Source of the DNA: Promethearchaeota archaeon
GTDB taxonomy: Archaea; Asgardarchaeota; Lokiarchaeia; Sigyniarchaeales; SOKP01
NCBI GenBank assembly: GCA_048938445.1
Contig: JBHLME010000022.1
Location: forward strand, 1 to 43,522
DNA: 43,522 bases
Direction of reading: 5' to 3'
Numbering within the stretch: position 1 is the first letter of the stretch; each line of letters opens with the position of its first letter. This document shows, in pieces, positions 9,498 through 19,842 of the stretch. A model generated the notes under the pieces. It ran no database searches, had not been told where the DNA came from, and saw only the letters and a list, made by a program, of their open reading frames with translations. A program made the position numbers and the translations under genes.

Positions 9498-10091
9498 TCA
9501 TTTTATATTCCTTTTTAATAATTCTATTGCGTCTAATCTTGCTTTTAATAGATTTTTTTCTTTAATACCTTTCATTTCCTTAGAAGGAAGGATTTTTTCT
9601 TTTAATATTTTCTTCAATATAAGATATTCATCTTTTCTACTAATAAATGGCATTACTTTCTGCGTGTGAATGAATTCTTCAATAGATGTATTCTTTCCAT
9701 TATTATTGCCTTCAGTCAAGTCAAACCTATAGTTTTCAAAAACTAAAAAGCAGTGAACCATGGGTACATATGGAACTGAATATTTTTTCAAAATCTCATC
9801 AGTCCCCGTGGAAATTTCTTCCGTGAATTTATAAACTCCAACATTTTTATGTAATGGAATGCCAAGTTCTTCTGCAAGTCCTGCGATTACTCCATGTTTA
9901 GTCGTGCAGGTTCCTTTATTTTCTTTAAATAATATCAATTCATCATCATAATTTGAATTATATCCATATTCCATTTCATGGATATACATGCAGGCTTCTT
10001 TAAATGAGGTTATACCTAATCCTAAGAAATATTTCGAAATTTCACCTGAATCTTTTATTTCCGCATCAGGTAATTTCTCGTAGCTATCCAT
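9498..10091 (-). CDS. Hypothetical protein, possible transglutaminase-like Cys-His-Asp fold
   Basis: GTCTTKH...LAEELG, HCFLVF and RFDLT occur in the order typical of transglutaminase-like cores. Confidence 0.6.
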   Translation of the reverse strand: MDSYEKLPDAEIKDSGEISKYFLGLGITSFKEACMYIHEMEYGYNSNYDDELILFKENKGTCTTKHGVIAGLAEELGIPLHKNVGVYKFTEEISTGTDEILKKYSVPYVPMVHCFLVFENYRFDLTEGNNNGKNTSIEEFIHTQKVMPFISRKDEYLILKKILKEKILPSKEMKGIKEKNLLKARLDAIELLKRNIK

Positions 10092-10251
10092 ATTTAATGA
10101 TTAATTTGATTTAAGTATTAAAACTGATGTTTATTAAATATATAAACTATATATATGCTTTTAATTGGTAAAAATTACTGTTAAATTAGCCTAGAATCAT
10201 TTGAAATTCTTTCTCCAAAATTTTAATAATTTAAAATGATTTTTCCCCTTA

Positions 10252-11700
10252 ATGCCAACGCAAGAAATGTCCCGTTTGAATATTAAAGATATATCTTTCA
10301 TAAGTCAGATTAAATCAATGGCCGTCATCGGTCCTTCAAAAGGACGAGATTTTATTTTTTTAAGGAGTCATCAAGAGAATTTTAAAGGAGAATTATATGC
10401 GGTCCATCCTACTTTAAAGGAGATACCTGGTTTTGATGATGGTACTCAAGGAAAGATTTATCCATCACTTAAAGACATTCCCAATGATGTTGATTTTGTT
10501 TTTATTGCCGTACCCTCTTCTCAGGTATTAAGTGTAATGAAAGATTGCGTTGATAAAGGCGTCAAGTTAGCCAGTATTTTTACTGCTGAATTTTCAGATT
10601 CAGGTACCGAGGAGGGAGAAGCACTCGAGAAGGAGTTGTTGAAGGTTGCACAAAATAAAGTTCGTATTTTAGGGCCCAATGGGATGGGATTGACTTATCC
10701 ACGTTTAGGAATTGCATGGAGACCAAAATTTCCTACCAATCCTGGAAATCTTTCGTTCATATCTCAATCTGGAGGAATAAGCAACATTGCAGTTTACATG
10801 TCAACACGATTAGGAATCAATTTTTCAAAAGTATTTTCATTTGGTAATGGAAATGATATCGATTTTGTCGATTTATTATATTATCTTAGTAATGATCCTG
10901 AAACGGATATAATATTATGTTATTTAGAAGGCATTAAAAAGAATCGAGGAAAGGATTTAAAGGCAGTCCTCGCACAAAATTCAAAGCCTATTATCATGGT
11001 TAAAGGGGGGGTTTCTAATTCTGGTTCATTCGCTGCTCAAACACATACTGCAGCTATTACTGGGGAGCATCGAATCTGGAAGGCTATTTTTGAGCAATTT
11101 GGTGTGATTGAAGTAGAATCTATAGAGCAAATGATGCATACGGCTAAACTAATTGATTTTCATGGCCTTGTTAAAGTAAAAAATGTAGCAGTTTTTAGTA
11201 TTAGCGGAGGCTATGGTGTAATCCTTGTTGACTTGCTTGAAAAGCATGGAATTAACGTTCCACCCTTTAGTCCACACATTCAAAAAGAAATTGATTCCAG
11301 GTTCTTTGTTCATGGAACAAGTTCAAAAAATCCTTTAGATGTTTCTGCTCAAATTTTTGCAAGTCGAATAATTTATGAAATAATGGATCTCGCTCTCTCG
11401 GATGACAATCTCGATGGATTGGTAATGGACATTCCTCCATGGTATTTTTCTCAAGACTTTCATATAATAAAAAATAAAGGTTTTGAACGACACATGATCA
11501 AAGCATTTTCTTTGGGTAAGAAACACCATAAATTATTAATTCCAATTATTCAAAATGTTAATTGTCCAGAGGATCGAGCTCGAATTGATAAACTATTAAC
11601 GGAAAAAAAGATACCGGTATTTGCTGATCCTTTAGAATTCATTCCTTTACTTCAAAAAATTTCGAAATTAGCAAATTATAGTCAAGAAAGGGTTATCTGA
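10252..11700 (+). CDS. Acyl-CoA synthetase (NDP-forming) alpha-type subunit
   Basis: KSMAVIGPS, RILGPNGMG, ISQSGG, SFGNG, CYLEG, THTAAITG (phospho-His), NPLDV. Confidence 0.88.
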   Translation: MPTQEMSRLNIKDISFISQIKSMAVIGPSKGRDFIFLRSHQENFKGELYAVHPTLKEIPGFDDGTQGKIYPSLKDIPNDVDFVFIAVPSSQVLSVMKDCVDKGVKLASIFTAEFSDSGTEEGEALEKELLKVAQNKVRILGPNGMGLTYPRLGIAWRPKFPTNPGNLSFISQSGGISNIAVYMSTRLGINFSKVFSFGNGNDIDFVDLLYYLSNDPETDIILCYLEGIKKNRGKDLKAVLAQNSKPIIMVKGGVSNSGSFAAQTHTAAITGEHRIWKAIFEQFGVIEVESIEQMMHTAKLIDFHGLVKVKNVAVFSISGGYGVILVDLLEKHGINVPPFSPHIQKEIDSRFFVHGTSSKNPLDVSAQIFASRIIYEIMDLALSDDNLDGLVMDIPPWYFSQDFHIIKNKGFERHMIKAFSLGKKHHKLLIPIIQNVNCPEDRARIDKLLTEKKIPVFADPLEFIPLLQKISKLANYSQERVI

Positions 11701-12123
11701 AAAAGAATGATTAAAAATAATCGATTAGGAATTAATAATGATAACTTATAATGGAAATAATTAAAAATTTGGGAGGTCCCATATCAAAATTAATTTATAT
11801 CAATCCTATAGAATCAAAGGAATTGATAGAATCTTAATCTCTCATTTCTATCAAAGAAATTTAATCAGTTTGTTTATAAATCTTATAAATATTTATAATA
11901 CTCTATTGAGAAAAATTTAGATATCAATTGGATATTACAGTTAATAAATTATATTTTAGAAAATTATTGCTATAGTAAATCATATATATTAAAATATCCA
12001 TTTATTAAATGAATTAATTTTTTGACAAGTTGAGATTAAAAGAATTGGGCAATTTACTTATCATTTAATTTTACTTTAAAATAAAAAGGATTTTTGTAAT
12101 CTTATTAAAGTATAGTAGGAATT

Positions 12124-13524
12124 ATGAAGATTAAAGCGAAAAAAAAAAAAGACAACTTAAAAAATCTTAAAATAGTAATCATAGGGATTTTTATTTCCAT
12201 TGGATATTGGTTGCTTGAAGCTATATTCCATACATTTTATTTTAATATAGGAGAAAATTTTCTTCAATGTTTGTTCCCTGTTGATCTTCATGAAATATGG
12301 ATGCGATTTATGGCTATAAGTTTTATTATAGGTTTAAGTATAATTATTCAAATCACCATCATTAAAAGAAGAAAAATAGACCTTGAATTAGAGGAGAATA
12401 GCATATTTTTACAAAATCTTTTTGATGCAATTCAAGATGGAATAAGTGTATTGGATCGTAATCTTAACATTATTAGAGTTAATTCATGGATGGAAAAGAT
12501 GTATTCTTCAGAAATGCCTTTAATCGGAAAGAAATGTTATAGTGCATATCAACAAAGATCTTCACCATGTCTATGGTGTCCTTCTATCAAAACCATAGAA
12601 ACGGGCCAAATGCATAGTGAAATTGTGCCATATCCTTCTGAAGAAAATCCAATTGGATGGATTGATCTCAGTGCGTTTCCTCTTAAAGATGGAGATATCA
12701 ATGTAAAAAATGTAATTGAATACGTTAAAGATATCACGAAACAAATCGAATTCCAAAATAAATTGCAAAAATCAGAGCAACAGCATCGCGAAGCTTTTAA
12801 TCGAGCTGAATTTTACAAAGATTTGTTCGCTCATGATATGAGTAATATATTGCAGCATCTACTATTATCTATAGATCTTTTTAAATTATATCAAAATAAA
12901 CCTGGAAATCAAAAAAAAATAGAGGATGTTATGAGAATTGCGAAAAATCAGGTAATAAGAGGCGCGAAATTAGTTAATAATGTTCGTAAGCTTTCTAAAA
13001 TTGAAGACACTGAAATAATTACACACCCTATTGAGATTTATAATATCATAAAGAAATCAACAAAAAATTTAAAAAACAATTATCAAGAGAGAAATATTAA
13101 CATTCAAATTGATTCTGCTAATAATGATTTGTATGTTCAAGCAAATAGTCTTTTAAATGATATTTTTGAAAACATCTTAAATAACGCCGTCCAACATAAT
13201 GACCACCCAATAATACATATTAATATAAAATTATCTGAAGAGCAAAAAGATGATGTAAATTATTTAAAAATGGAATTTATTGATAATGGTATTGGAATAA
13301 AGGATGAATGGAAAGAAAAAATTTTCCAAAGAGGGTATATGGAAGGGAATAGTATTAGAGGAATGGGGTTAGGGTTATCACTTGTAAAAAGAATAGTAGA
13401 ATGTTATCATGGTCATATTTGGGTTGAAGATAATATCCCAGGAGAATATTCAAAAGGAAGTAAATTTGTTCTTTTAATTCCAATAGCGCAATACAAATTT
13501 GATAGTATTATTTGTGATGTCTAA
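12124..13524 (+). CDS. Membrane-bound PAS sensor histidine kinase
   Basis: Two N-terminal TM helices, a PAS domain, H-box FAHDMSNILQ, N-box ENILNNAVQH, DNGIGI and GMGLGL. Confidence 0.92.
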   Translation: MKIKAKKKKDNLKNLKIVIIGIFISIGYWLLEAIFHTFYFNIGENFLQCLFPVDLHEIWMRFMAISFIIGLSIIIQITIIKRRKIDLELEENSIFLQNLFDAIQDGISVLDRNLNIIRVNSWMEKMYSSEMPLIGKKCYSAYQQRSSPCLWCPSIKTIETGQMHSEIVPYPSEENPIGWIDLSAFPLKDGDINVKNVIEYVKDITKQIEFQNKLQKSEQQHREAFNRAEFYKDLFAHDMSNILQHLLLSIDLFKLYQNKPGNQKKIEDVMRIAKNQVIRGAKLVNNVRKLSKIEDTEIITHPIEIYNIIKKSTKNLKNNYQERNINIQIDSANNDLYVQANSLLNDIFENILNNAVQHNDHPIIHINIKLSEEQKDDVNYLKMEFIDNGIGIKDEWKEKIFQRGYMEGNSIRGMGLGLSLVKRIVECYHGHIWVEDNIPGEYSKGSKFVLLIPIAQYKFDSIICDV

Positions 13525-13926
13525 GTATCTCTTTAACTATTTTATGCAGAGATATTAAAAATAATTGATTTTGATATAATATATTTTGTTAAAAAAGAAG
13601 AAATAAGTTCTATATATAACTTTTTATTTGTTAAACCAGAATTTCATTCAATAAATTATCGAATACCTATAAATAATGAAAATGATGCATGAAAATAAAT
13701 TTTATAAAATATGATTGTCTCCAAAATAAATTTTATAATGCTTGATAAAAGTATTAGACCAGTGATATTGTCTATTAGAATCGTTAGATTCAAGGATAAA
13801 AACGAATTTTTAATAATATTAAAGAAAAAACGTTTCATTTTTTGCTGATCCTTTAGAATAAATATCATTTTTTTAAAGAATTTTAAAATTAGCAAAAATT
13901 AAAAAAAATCTTAAATTTGAAATATT

Positions 13927-14691
13927 ATGGACTTTTGGAAGCATTACGACATTACTCATAAAGACCATACGATTTGTAATCCCATGAGTAGTGAAAAATT
14001 GGACGAATTAGTTGAATTATTGCAATTATCTCCACAATCTAGGGCTCTGGACATAGCATCAGGAAAAGCAGAATTTCTCATTCGATTGGTTAAAAGATAT
14101 AATATATCTGCTATAGGAATTGATTTATCTCCATATTATATAATTGAATCGAAAAGCAGGATTGAAGAATTTGTTCCTGATGCAGATATTCAATTATTTG
14201 AGATGGATGGTGCACAGTATAAACCAGAAAAAATAGAGAGCTTTGATGTAGCCTCTTGTCTGGGAGCTAGCTGGATATATGGTGATCATGAAGGAACCTT
14301 AAAATATTTGATAGAACAGGTTAAACCGGAAGGTTTCGTTATAGTAGGAGAACCATATTGGAAAATCCAACCTCCAAAAGAATATCTAGAAAAAGCAAAA
14401 GTGGTGTATGGTTCTGGAGAATTTGGAAACTATGGTTCCCATTATGAAAATGTGAGAACTGGTGAAAAATTAGGATTATCTCTTGTATATTGTCTAGTGA
14501 GTAATGGGGATGATTGGGATAAATACATTAATCTTCAATGGAGTGCTGTTGATAACTATATTAGATCAAATCCTGATGATCTTGATATTCGCGATATTTT
14601 AGATAAATTGAACAAGGAGAAAGAACTTTATCTCAAGTGGGAACGTGAATTATTCGGATGGGCTATATATGTATTCAGGAAGAGATCATAA
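13927..14691 (+). CDS. Class I SAM-dependent methyltransferase
   Basis: ICNP N-terminus, ALDIASGKAE motif I, GIDLS, FDVASCLGASW, VGEPYW. Confidence 0.88.
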   Translation: MDFWKHYDITHKDHTICNPMSSEKLDELVELLQLSPQSRALDIASGKAEFLIRLVKRYNISAIGIDLSPYYIIESKSRIEEFVPDADIQLFEMDGAQYKPEKIESFDVASCLGASWIYGDHEGTLKYLIEQVKPEGFVIVGEPYWKIQPPKEYLEKAKVVYGSGEFGNYGSHYENVRTGEKLGLSLVYCLVSNGDDWDKYINLQWSAVDNYIRSNPDDLDIRDILDKLNKEKELYLKWERELFGWAIYVFRKRS

Positions 14692-14837
14692 AGCAGAAAT
14701 AAATCCTAATTACCTTTATTATTTCTTATATTTTATATTTCACATTAAATTGTATTCTACACAAGAAGTTATTATTTTCATTAATCGATTTATAAAAAAC
14801 AGTTAATTTTATTTAAAATCTTTTTTTCTATTAGTGC

Positions 14838-15665
14838 ATGACTGAAACCAGAATTGAAAGTTGGAATCAATTAAATGCTGAACTATTTCGGGATTGGTGG
14901 ACACCCAAAATAAAGCGATATCGTGCGCCATTAGCTTTTCGAGGTGTTTCAGATTGTAATTACAAATTGGAAACCTCTTTGATGAGAATGGGGGGAAATT
15001 ATAAAAAATTAGAACCACATTTACTGAGAAATTTTAAAAAATATGCAGGGAAAGACATTGCAAAGTATTCCAGACAAGAAGTAGCTCGATTTAACTCGAT
15101 TTGGCATTGGATGGTTGTTGGTCAACATCATGGATTACCCACTCGATTATTAGATTGGACATATTCACCTCTCATCGCTTTATATTTTGCTGTAAATGAT
15201 ATTGAAAGAGTCAATGAAGATGGTGTTGTGTGGATCATAAATTTTATTGAATCGAGTAAATACTTACCTGATAAAGTAAAAAAACCATTATTAAGAGATG
15301 ATGCACGAGTTTTTTCTATTGAACTGCTTGAAGAAGTTTTTACAGGAAATTTAAATGCCTTACAAAATCTCGAAACTGCTTCTGATGAAGAATATGTAAT
15401 ATTTCTTGAACCATTATCTCTTGATGATCGAATTGTAAATCAATTTGCCATGTTTTCAATGTTATCTAATCCCGAACGAACCTTGGATGATTGGCTTGAT
15501 AAGAATAAGGATCCAAAATTATGGAGGAAAATTATCATTCCCTCTGAATTAAAGGTAGAAGTTAGAGATAAACTTGCCCAATCAAATATTAATGAAAGAA
15601 CAATGTTTCCAGGATTGGATGGCATTTGTCGATGGTTAAAAATGTATTATAGTCCTGGTTTTTAG
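14838..15665 (+). CDS. FRG-domain protein
   Basis: AFRG, [33 protein letters not shown]. Confidence 0.92.
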   Translation: [275 protein letters not shown]

Positions 15666-15852
15666 GGAAAAAGATCCAAGAAACGATGGGTATGATGCCA
15701 AATGTTTTGTTTCTTATAATTAGAAATTGACAGAATATTTTAATGGTGAAATTCTTTAAGACTGGGGAAGAGATATTTTCATTTTTATCAATAAAACTTA
15801 CAGATGGCAAGAAGTCTGGAATATGCTAATGCCTGTCACTAATAAAGAATAA
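15661..15852 (+). pseudogene. Possible decayed gene 3' fragment
   Basis: One frame reads FREKDPRNDGYDAKCFVSYN*KLTEYFNGEIL*DWGRDIFIFINKTYRWQEVWNMLMPVTNKE*. It looks protein-like and less AT-rich than the other spacers, but has two internal stops and no start. Confidence 0.3.
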
Positions 15853-15854
15853 AG

Positions 15855-15995
15855 TTATTTATCTTTAAGAATTCGTTCCTTTTTAAACTTTAAATACATG
15901 TCCATGAATAAATGGGCATATTCAATTAAATCTTTATTAGTTTGGTCCTTCTCCTTAACTTTTTCAGTTTCGACTAAATTGACATTCATAATCAT
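15855..15995 (-). CDS. Small hypothetical protein (46 aa)
   Basis: My translation, below the track cut-off, is MIMNVNLVETEKVKEKDQTNKDLIEYAHLFMDMYLKFKKERILKDK*. It has an amphipathic-helix pattern and fills an intergenic gap. Confidence 0.45.
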   Translation of the reverse strand: MIMNVNLVETEKVKEKDQTNKDLIEYAHLFMDMYLKFKKERILKDK

Positions 15996-16113
15996 ACAAG
16001 AAAGTTAATTATTAGGAGTATCTTCTATTTTCTTAGTTTTAAAAGAAAGTAATATCACTATAATACCAATATATTATCTTTTTGATTATAAATAAAAATT
16101 TTAATGATTTCAG

Positions 16114-17256
16114 ATGGATGGATTTCAAATTGCTAGTGTTCGACCGCCCACAGAGAATTTTAGTTTGGCAATTAGCACTCATTTTTATTGCCCTCACGGA
16201 AAATGTGCATTTTGCCCCAGTCAATTATTTAGTCAGACTCCAAAATTTCAAAGAAGGACATTAGATGAAATATTAAATGACATTGATAATGCTGCGCGAT
16301 TAGATCAAATGCTCTTACAGTCTGATGGCACTATTGAAACATCCATTTTACATGCAATATCACGATTTCCAGCCTTAAGGGATTGTATAATTCACCTTGC
16401 ATACTGGCATGCTTATTCTAATGGAACAACCGCATTTTTAGGGGGAGCTAATCCCCTTTTATATAAGAAGGAGTTTTTAAAAGACGTGATGACACACTTA
16501 AAAATTAAGTTTCCCTCAATTAATCGCATTACAAGTTATGGTAGGACTCGGACAGCCGCTAAAAAAGGGTCTTCATTTTTTAAAACACTTCAGGAAGCAG
16601 GACTTGATCGAATACATGTAGGGCTCGAGTCAGGTTCTAATAAAGTCTTGGAGTTAATGAATAAAGGCACGACCAGTGAATATCATATTCTTGGAGGGAT
16701 TAACATTAAAGAGGGCGAGATATCGTTATGTACTTACGTGATGCCCGGATTGGGCGGTAAAAAATGGAGTAAAGAGCATGCCTTAGAAACCGCACGTGTA
16801 ATAAATGAAATCGAACCTGATTTCGTGCGATTAAGGACGTTAGAAATCTTCCCTGCAACCCCTCTATATTTAAAATTAAAATCTGGAGACTTTGTGGAAT
16901 TAACCGAAGAAGAAGTAGTCAAGGAGGAAAAGATTTTAGTTGAAAATATTAACTGCAATACAACCATAACCAGTGATTCTGCTGCTAATTTATTGATAGA
17001 GATCTGGGGAGATTTACCGAAGGATAAAGAAAAAATTCTAAGGGCTATTGATCGATATTTGGATTTAAGTGTGACTGAGAAAGTAGAATTTAGTTTAAAA
17101 AGACGATTAGAAGCTTTCAGTAGCCAATATGGTGGACTTTCAGAGGAGATACAAAGAAAAATGCAAAGATTATCAAATTTATCTAAAAATGACGAGAAGT
17201 ATTATGAAAAAATGGAAAAACTAATAAAATTCATTCGGAAAAGACTAATTCCTTAA
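16114..17256 (+). CDS. Radical SAM protein
   Basis: VRPPTE, CPHGKCAFC cluster motif, RITSYGR, RIHVGLESG, YVMPGLGG, PDFVRLRTL. Confidence 0.9.
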   Translation: MDGFQIASVRPPTENFSLAISTHFYCPHGKCAFCPSQLFSQTPKFQRRTLDEILNDIDNAARLDQMLLQSDGTIETSILHAISRFPALRDCIIHLAYWHAYSNGTTAFLGGANPLLYKKEFLKDVMTHLKIKFPSINRITSYGRTRTAAKKGSSFFKTLQEAGLDRIHVGLESGSNKVLELMNKGTTSEYHILGGINIKEGEISLCTYVMPGLGGKKWSKEHALETARVINEIEPDFVRLRTLEIFPATPLYLKLKSGDFVELTEEEVVKEEKILVENINCNTTITSDSAANLLIEIWGDLPKDKEKILRAIDRYLDLSVTEKVEFSLKRRLEAFSSQYGGLSEEIQRKMQRLSNLSKNDEKYYEKMEKLIKFIRKRLIP

Positions 17257-17265
17257 AAATAAATT

Positions 17266-17940
17266 TTATTTCTTGGATGTTGATTTATTGTATATTTTAT
17301 TATAAATTATTCTAGATAGATGATTTATGAAGATATAAAAAATACTTAATAAGATAACAAAAATAGTCAAACCTACAATAAAAATTAATAATCCACCAAT
17401 ACCAAGCATATTCACGTCAAAAAAGGGGTAAATGGCATCATTAAAAATCCATCCAATAATTAAAGCGTAAATGAGATATCCCAACGGATAAATTAACCAA
17501 TATAATATATAGATCCATTCATAATTATTTATGAATTCTGTTATTAACCAATCAAGGATAAAAGCTACTGGAATCAAGTAATGATGCATGAGATTTGTAA
17601 AAGCATATACTGGATCTGTTGGAGGTGGACTTAATGGGGCTAATAAAATGGCAAAAATTAAAAAGGTCATACTAATATAAAGTGTTATAGCCCCGTGTAC
17701 ACCATAATGAAGTAGTTTAGGTTTACTTTCCTTTTTATAATATAATAAAGTCATCGTAAGCCATAAAGCAACTAAGAGATTAGATTGAAAGGTAAAAAAA
17801 CTAAAAGTTTTATAAGATAATGATTGTTCAAGTATATTCTTTATAAACATTATTACAAGCGCAGTCCATTCTAAAACACAAAGAATAAGGCGGTATATAT
17901 TGACATATTTTTGATATATGATATTTTTCATTTCATTCAT
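17266..17940 (-). CDS. Pr6Pr / FAR-17a/AIG1-like 6-TM membrane protein
   Basis: FSFFTFQSN, MHHYLIP...DWL, YPLGY, YPFFDV; six hydrophobic segments. Confidence 0.8.
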   Translation of the reverse strand: MNEMKNIIYQKYVNIYRLILCVLEWTALVIMFIKNILEQSLSYKTFSFFTFQSNLLVALWLTMTLLYYKKESKPKLLHYGVHGAITLYISMTFLIFAILLAPLSPPPTDPVYAFTNLMHHYLIPVAFILDWLITEFINNYEWIYILYWLIYPLGYLIYALIIGWIFNDAIYPFFDVNMLGIGGLLIFIVGLTIFVILLSIFYIFINHLSRIIYNKIYNKSTSKK

Positions 17941-18059
17941 GTGATTTCACTAATTATATTCAATGAGATACTACCTGAGTAAAAAAATGTGGTTTTGAAG
18001 GTAATTCATTATACATTGTATAAAAGTTTATCTTAACTATTCAAGATGATAATGATTTT

Positions 18060-18707
18060 TTATTGATTCAAATAAAATGTATCATATAATCTTCGATTCA
18101 TGAATATATAGAGAGAAGCAAGAATTATGAAAAAAATTGTTAGCCCTAAAATCGCTATAGCAACTCCTCCAATACTTAATAAATTCACATCAAAAAAGGG
18201 ATAAATAGGATCATTAAATATTATTCCAGAAATTAAACAAAATATTATATAACATATTGGATAAATTGCCCAATACAAGCTATAAACCCATTTGTACTTT
18301 ATTTTATTACTAGTCAAGAGCCAATCAATAAATACTGCTATTGGAATTATGATATGAACAGTAAGACTTGTGAAAAAATGTATTCCAACCGCATTTGAAT
18401 CACGGGGAGCTAAAAAAATGATGTATGTTAATAATGCAATTGTATTATAGGAAGTAACGGCACCATTGACTCCCAGATGGAGAATTTTTGGTTTCTCATC
18501 TTTTTTATAAAAGATTAAAGATATCGTGAGCCATAATATCGCCAAAAAGTTTGCTTGAAAAGCATATAAACGGTATATTCTTCCATTTTCAGTTATTTCA
18601 TTTGTAAAAACCATAAGGAGGATTAAATTGGTCCATCCTAACAAGCATACAATAAGACGATATATAGTAATAGATTTTTGATTTAAACTATTAATATTTA
18701 TTTTCAT
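18060..18707 (-). CDS. Pr6Pr / FAR-17a/AIG1-like 6-TM membrane protein (tandem paralog)
   Basis: Clear paralog of the neighbour (KPKILHLGVNGAVTSY, VHIIIP...DWL, IYPFFDV). Confidence 0.8.
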   Translation of the reverse strand: MKININSLNQKSITIYRLIVCLLGWTNLILLMVFTNEITENGRIYRLYAFQANFLAILWLTISLIFYKKDEKPKILHLGVNGAVTSYNTIALLTYIIFLAPRDSNAVGIHFFTSLTVHIIIPIAVFIDWLLTSNKIKYKWVYSLYWAIYPICYIIFCLISGIIFNDPIYPFFDVNLLSIGGVAIAILGLTIFFIILASLYIFMNRRLYDTFYLNQ

Positions 18708-19003
18708 AATAATTTAACCAATCTCTTATTTAGGCTAAAGTAAAAAATTAACCATTCAAATTAAAGTAAAATTCATACTTCTTTATTTAATAGTATTTTC
18801 TTGATAAAAAATTAATTAATAAGATTATATACATGATTTAATAAAAATTTACAATGTGAATAACATTTCACCTAATGTATTTATCGCACTAGTGTTTAAT
18901 ATCAAAAATATTCATTTATAATGTTATTAAAACTCGATGAGAAATAATTATATATGAATCTTATTTTCCTATTATTTAATTAAACACATTTAGAGGTTGA
19001 ATC

Positions 19004-19744
19004 ATGGAATTTGAAACAATAATTTATGAAATTGAAAAGAAGGTCGCCACTATTACGATCAACAGACCCGAAAAACTTAATGCGTTAAATTTCCAATTAC
19101 TTGATGAACTTGATGATGCCTTCAATGAAGCAAAAGAGAATAAAAGCGTAAAGGTTGTAATTCTCAAGGGTAATGGTAAATCATTCTGTTCAGGATACGA
19201 TCTCAATGATAGTCCTTATTTACGAATGCCTGAGGAAGGATGGAATTATGAAAATACTCTATTATTATTACGGAAATTTGAGGAAAAATACATGCGGATT
19301 TGGAATTTTCCAAAACCTACAATTGCTCAGATTCATGGACATGCCCTTGCTGCAGGGTGTTATTTACAACTCCTATGTGATATAAGCGTTGCCGCCGAAG
19401 ATGCCATATTGGGTCATCCTGCAATGAAATGGGGAGGCGTAACAAGCATGCCACTGTGGCAAGTATATTTAGGAGTTAAAAAGGCAAGATACCTTCTTTT
19501 TACAGGTAGGACAATAAGTGGAAAAGAAGCCGAACAGATTGGTTTAGTGAGTTTATCTGTTCCTCTTGACAAGCTTGATGAAACCGTTAATACTATAGCA
19601 TCTGAATTAAAGAGCATTCCACATGAAGGAATATTACATAGCAAGGAAATATTAAACACGGACCTTGAAATAATGGGAACTGGGGCACTTTTTCGTTATC
19701 ATGGACAAAATAATGCTATAGGAAGGCTTCTAAGGTATAAATAA
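19004..19744 (+). CDS. Crotonase-superfamily protein
   Basis: ITINRPEKLNAL, FCSGYDL, PKPTIAQIHGHALAAG. SD GAGGT upstream. Confidence 0.9.
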   Translation: MEFETIIYEIEKKVATITINRPEKLNALNFQLLDELDDAFNEAKENKSVKVVILKGNGKSFCSGYDLNDSPYLRMPEEGWNYENTLLLLRKFEEKYMRIWNFPKPTIAQIHGHALAAGCYLQLLCDISVAAEDAILGHPAMKWGGVTSMPLWQVYLGVKKARYLLFTGRTISGKEAEQIGLVSLSVPLDKLDETVNTIASELKSIPHEGILHSKEILNTDLEIMGTGALFRYHGQNNAIGRLLRYK

Positions 19745-19842
19745 ATTTGATGTTAGTATCTATCAAGAATTTTTTTCTCTCTTGATATTTATATACTCCA
19801 CTATTTTTTATCTGATTAACCCAAAAAAATGAGGTGAATAAA

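Noticed and set aside
11751-11837. 28-aa ORF MEIIKNLGGPISKLIYINPIESKELIES
   Set aside because: Too short, with no recognisable motif or clear SD; cannot be supported.
13656-13895. 79-aa intergenic ORF on the minus strand
   Set aside because: TTG start and I/F/K-rich low-complexity translation typical of AT-rich non-coding DNA.
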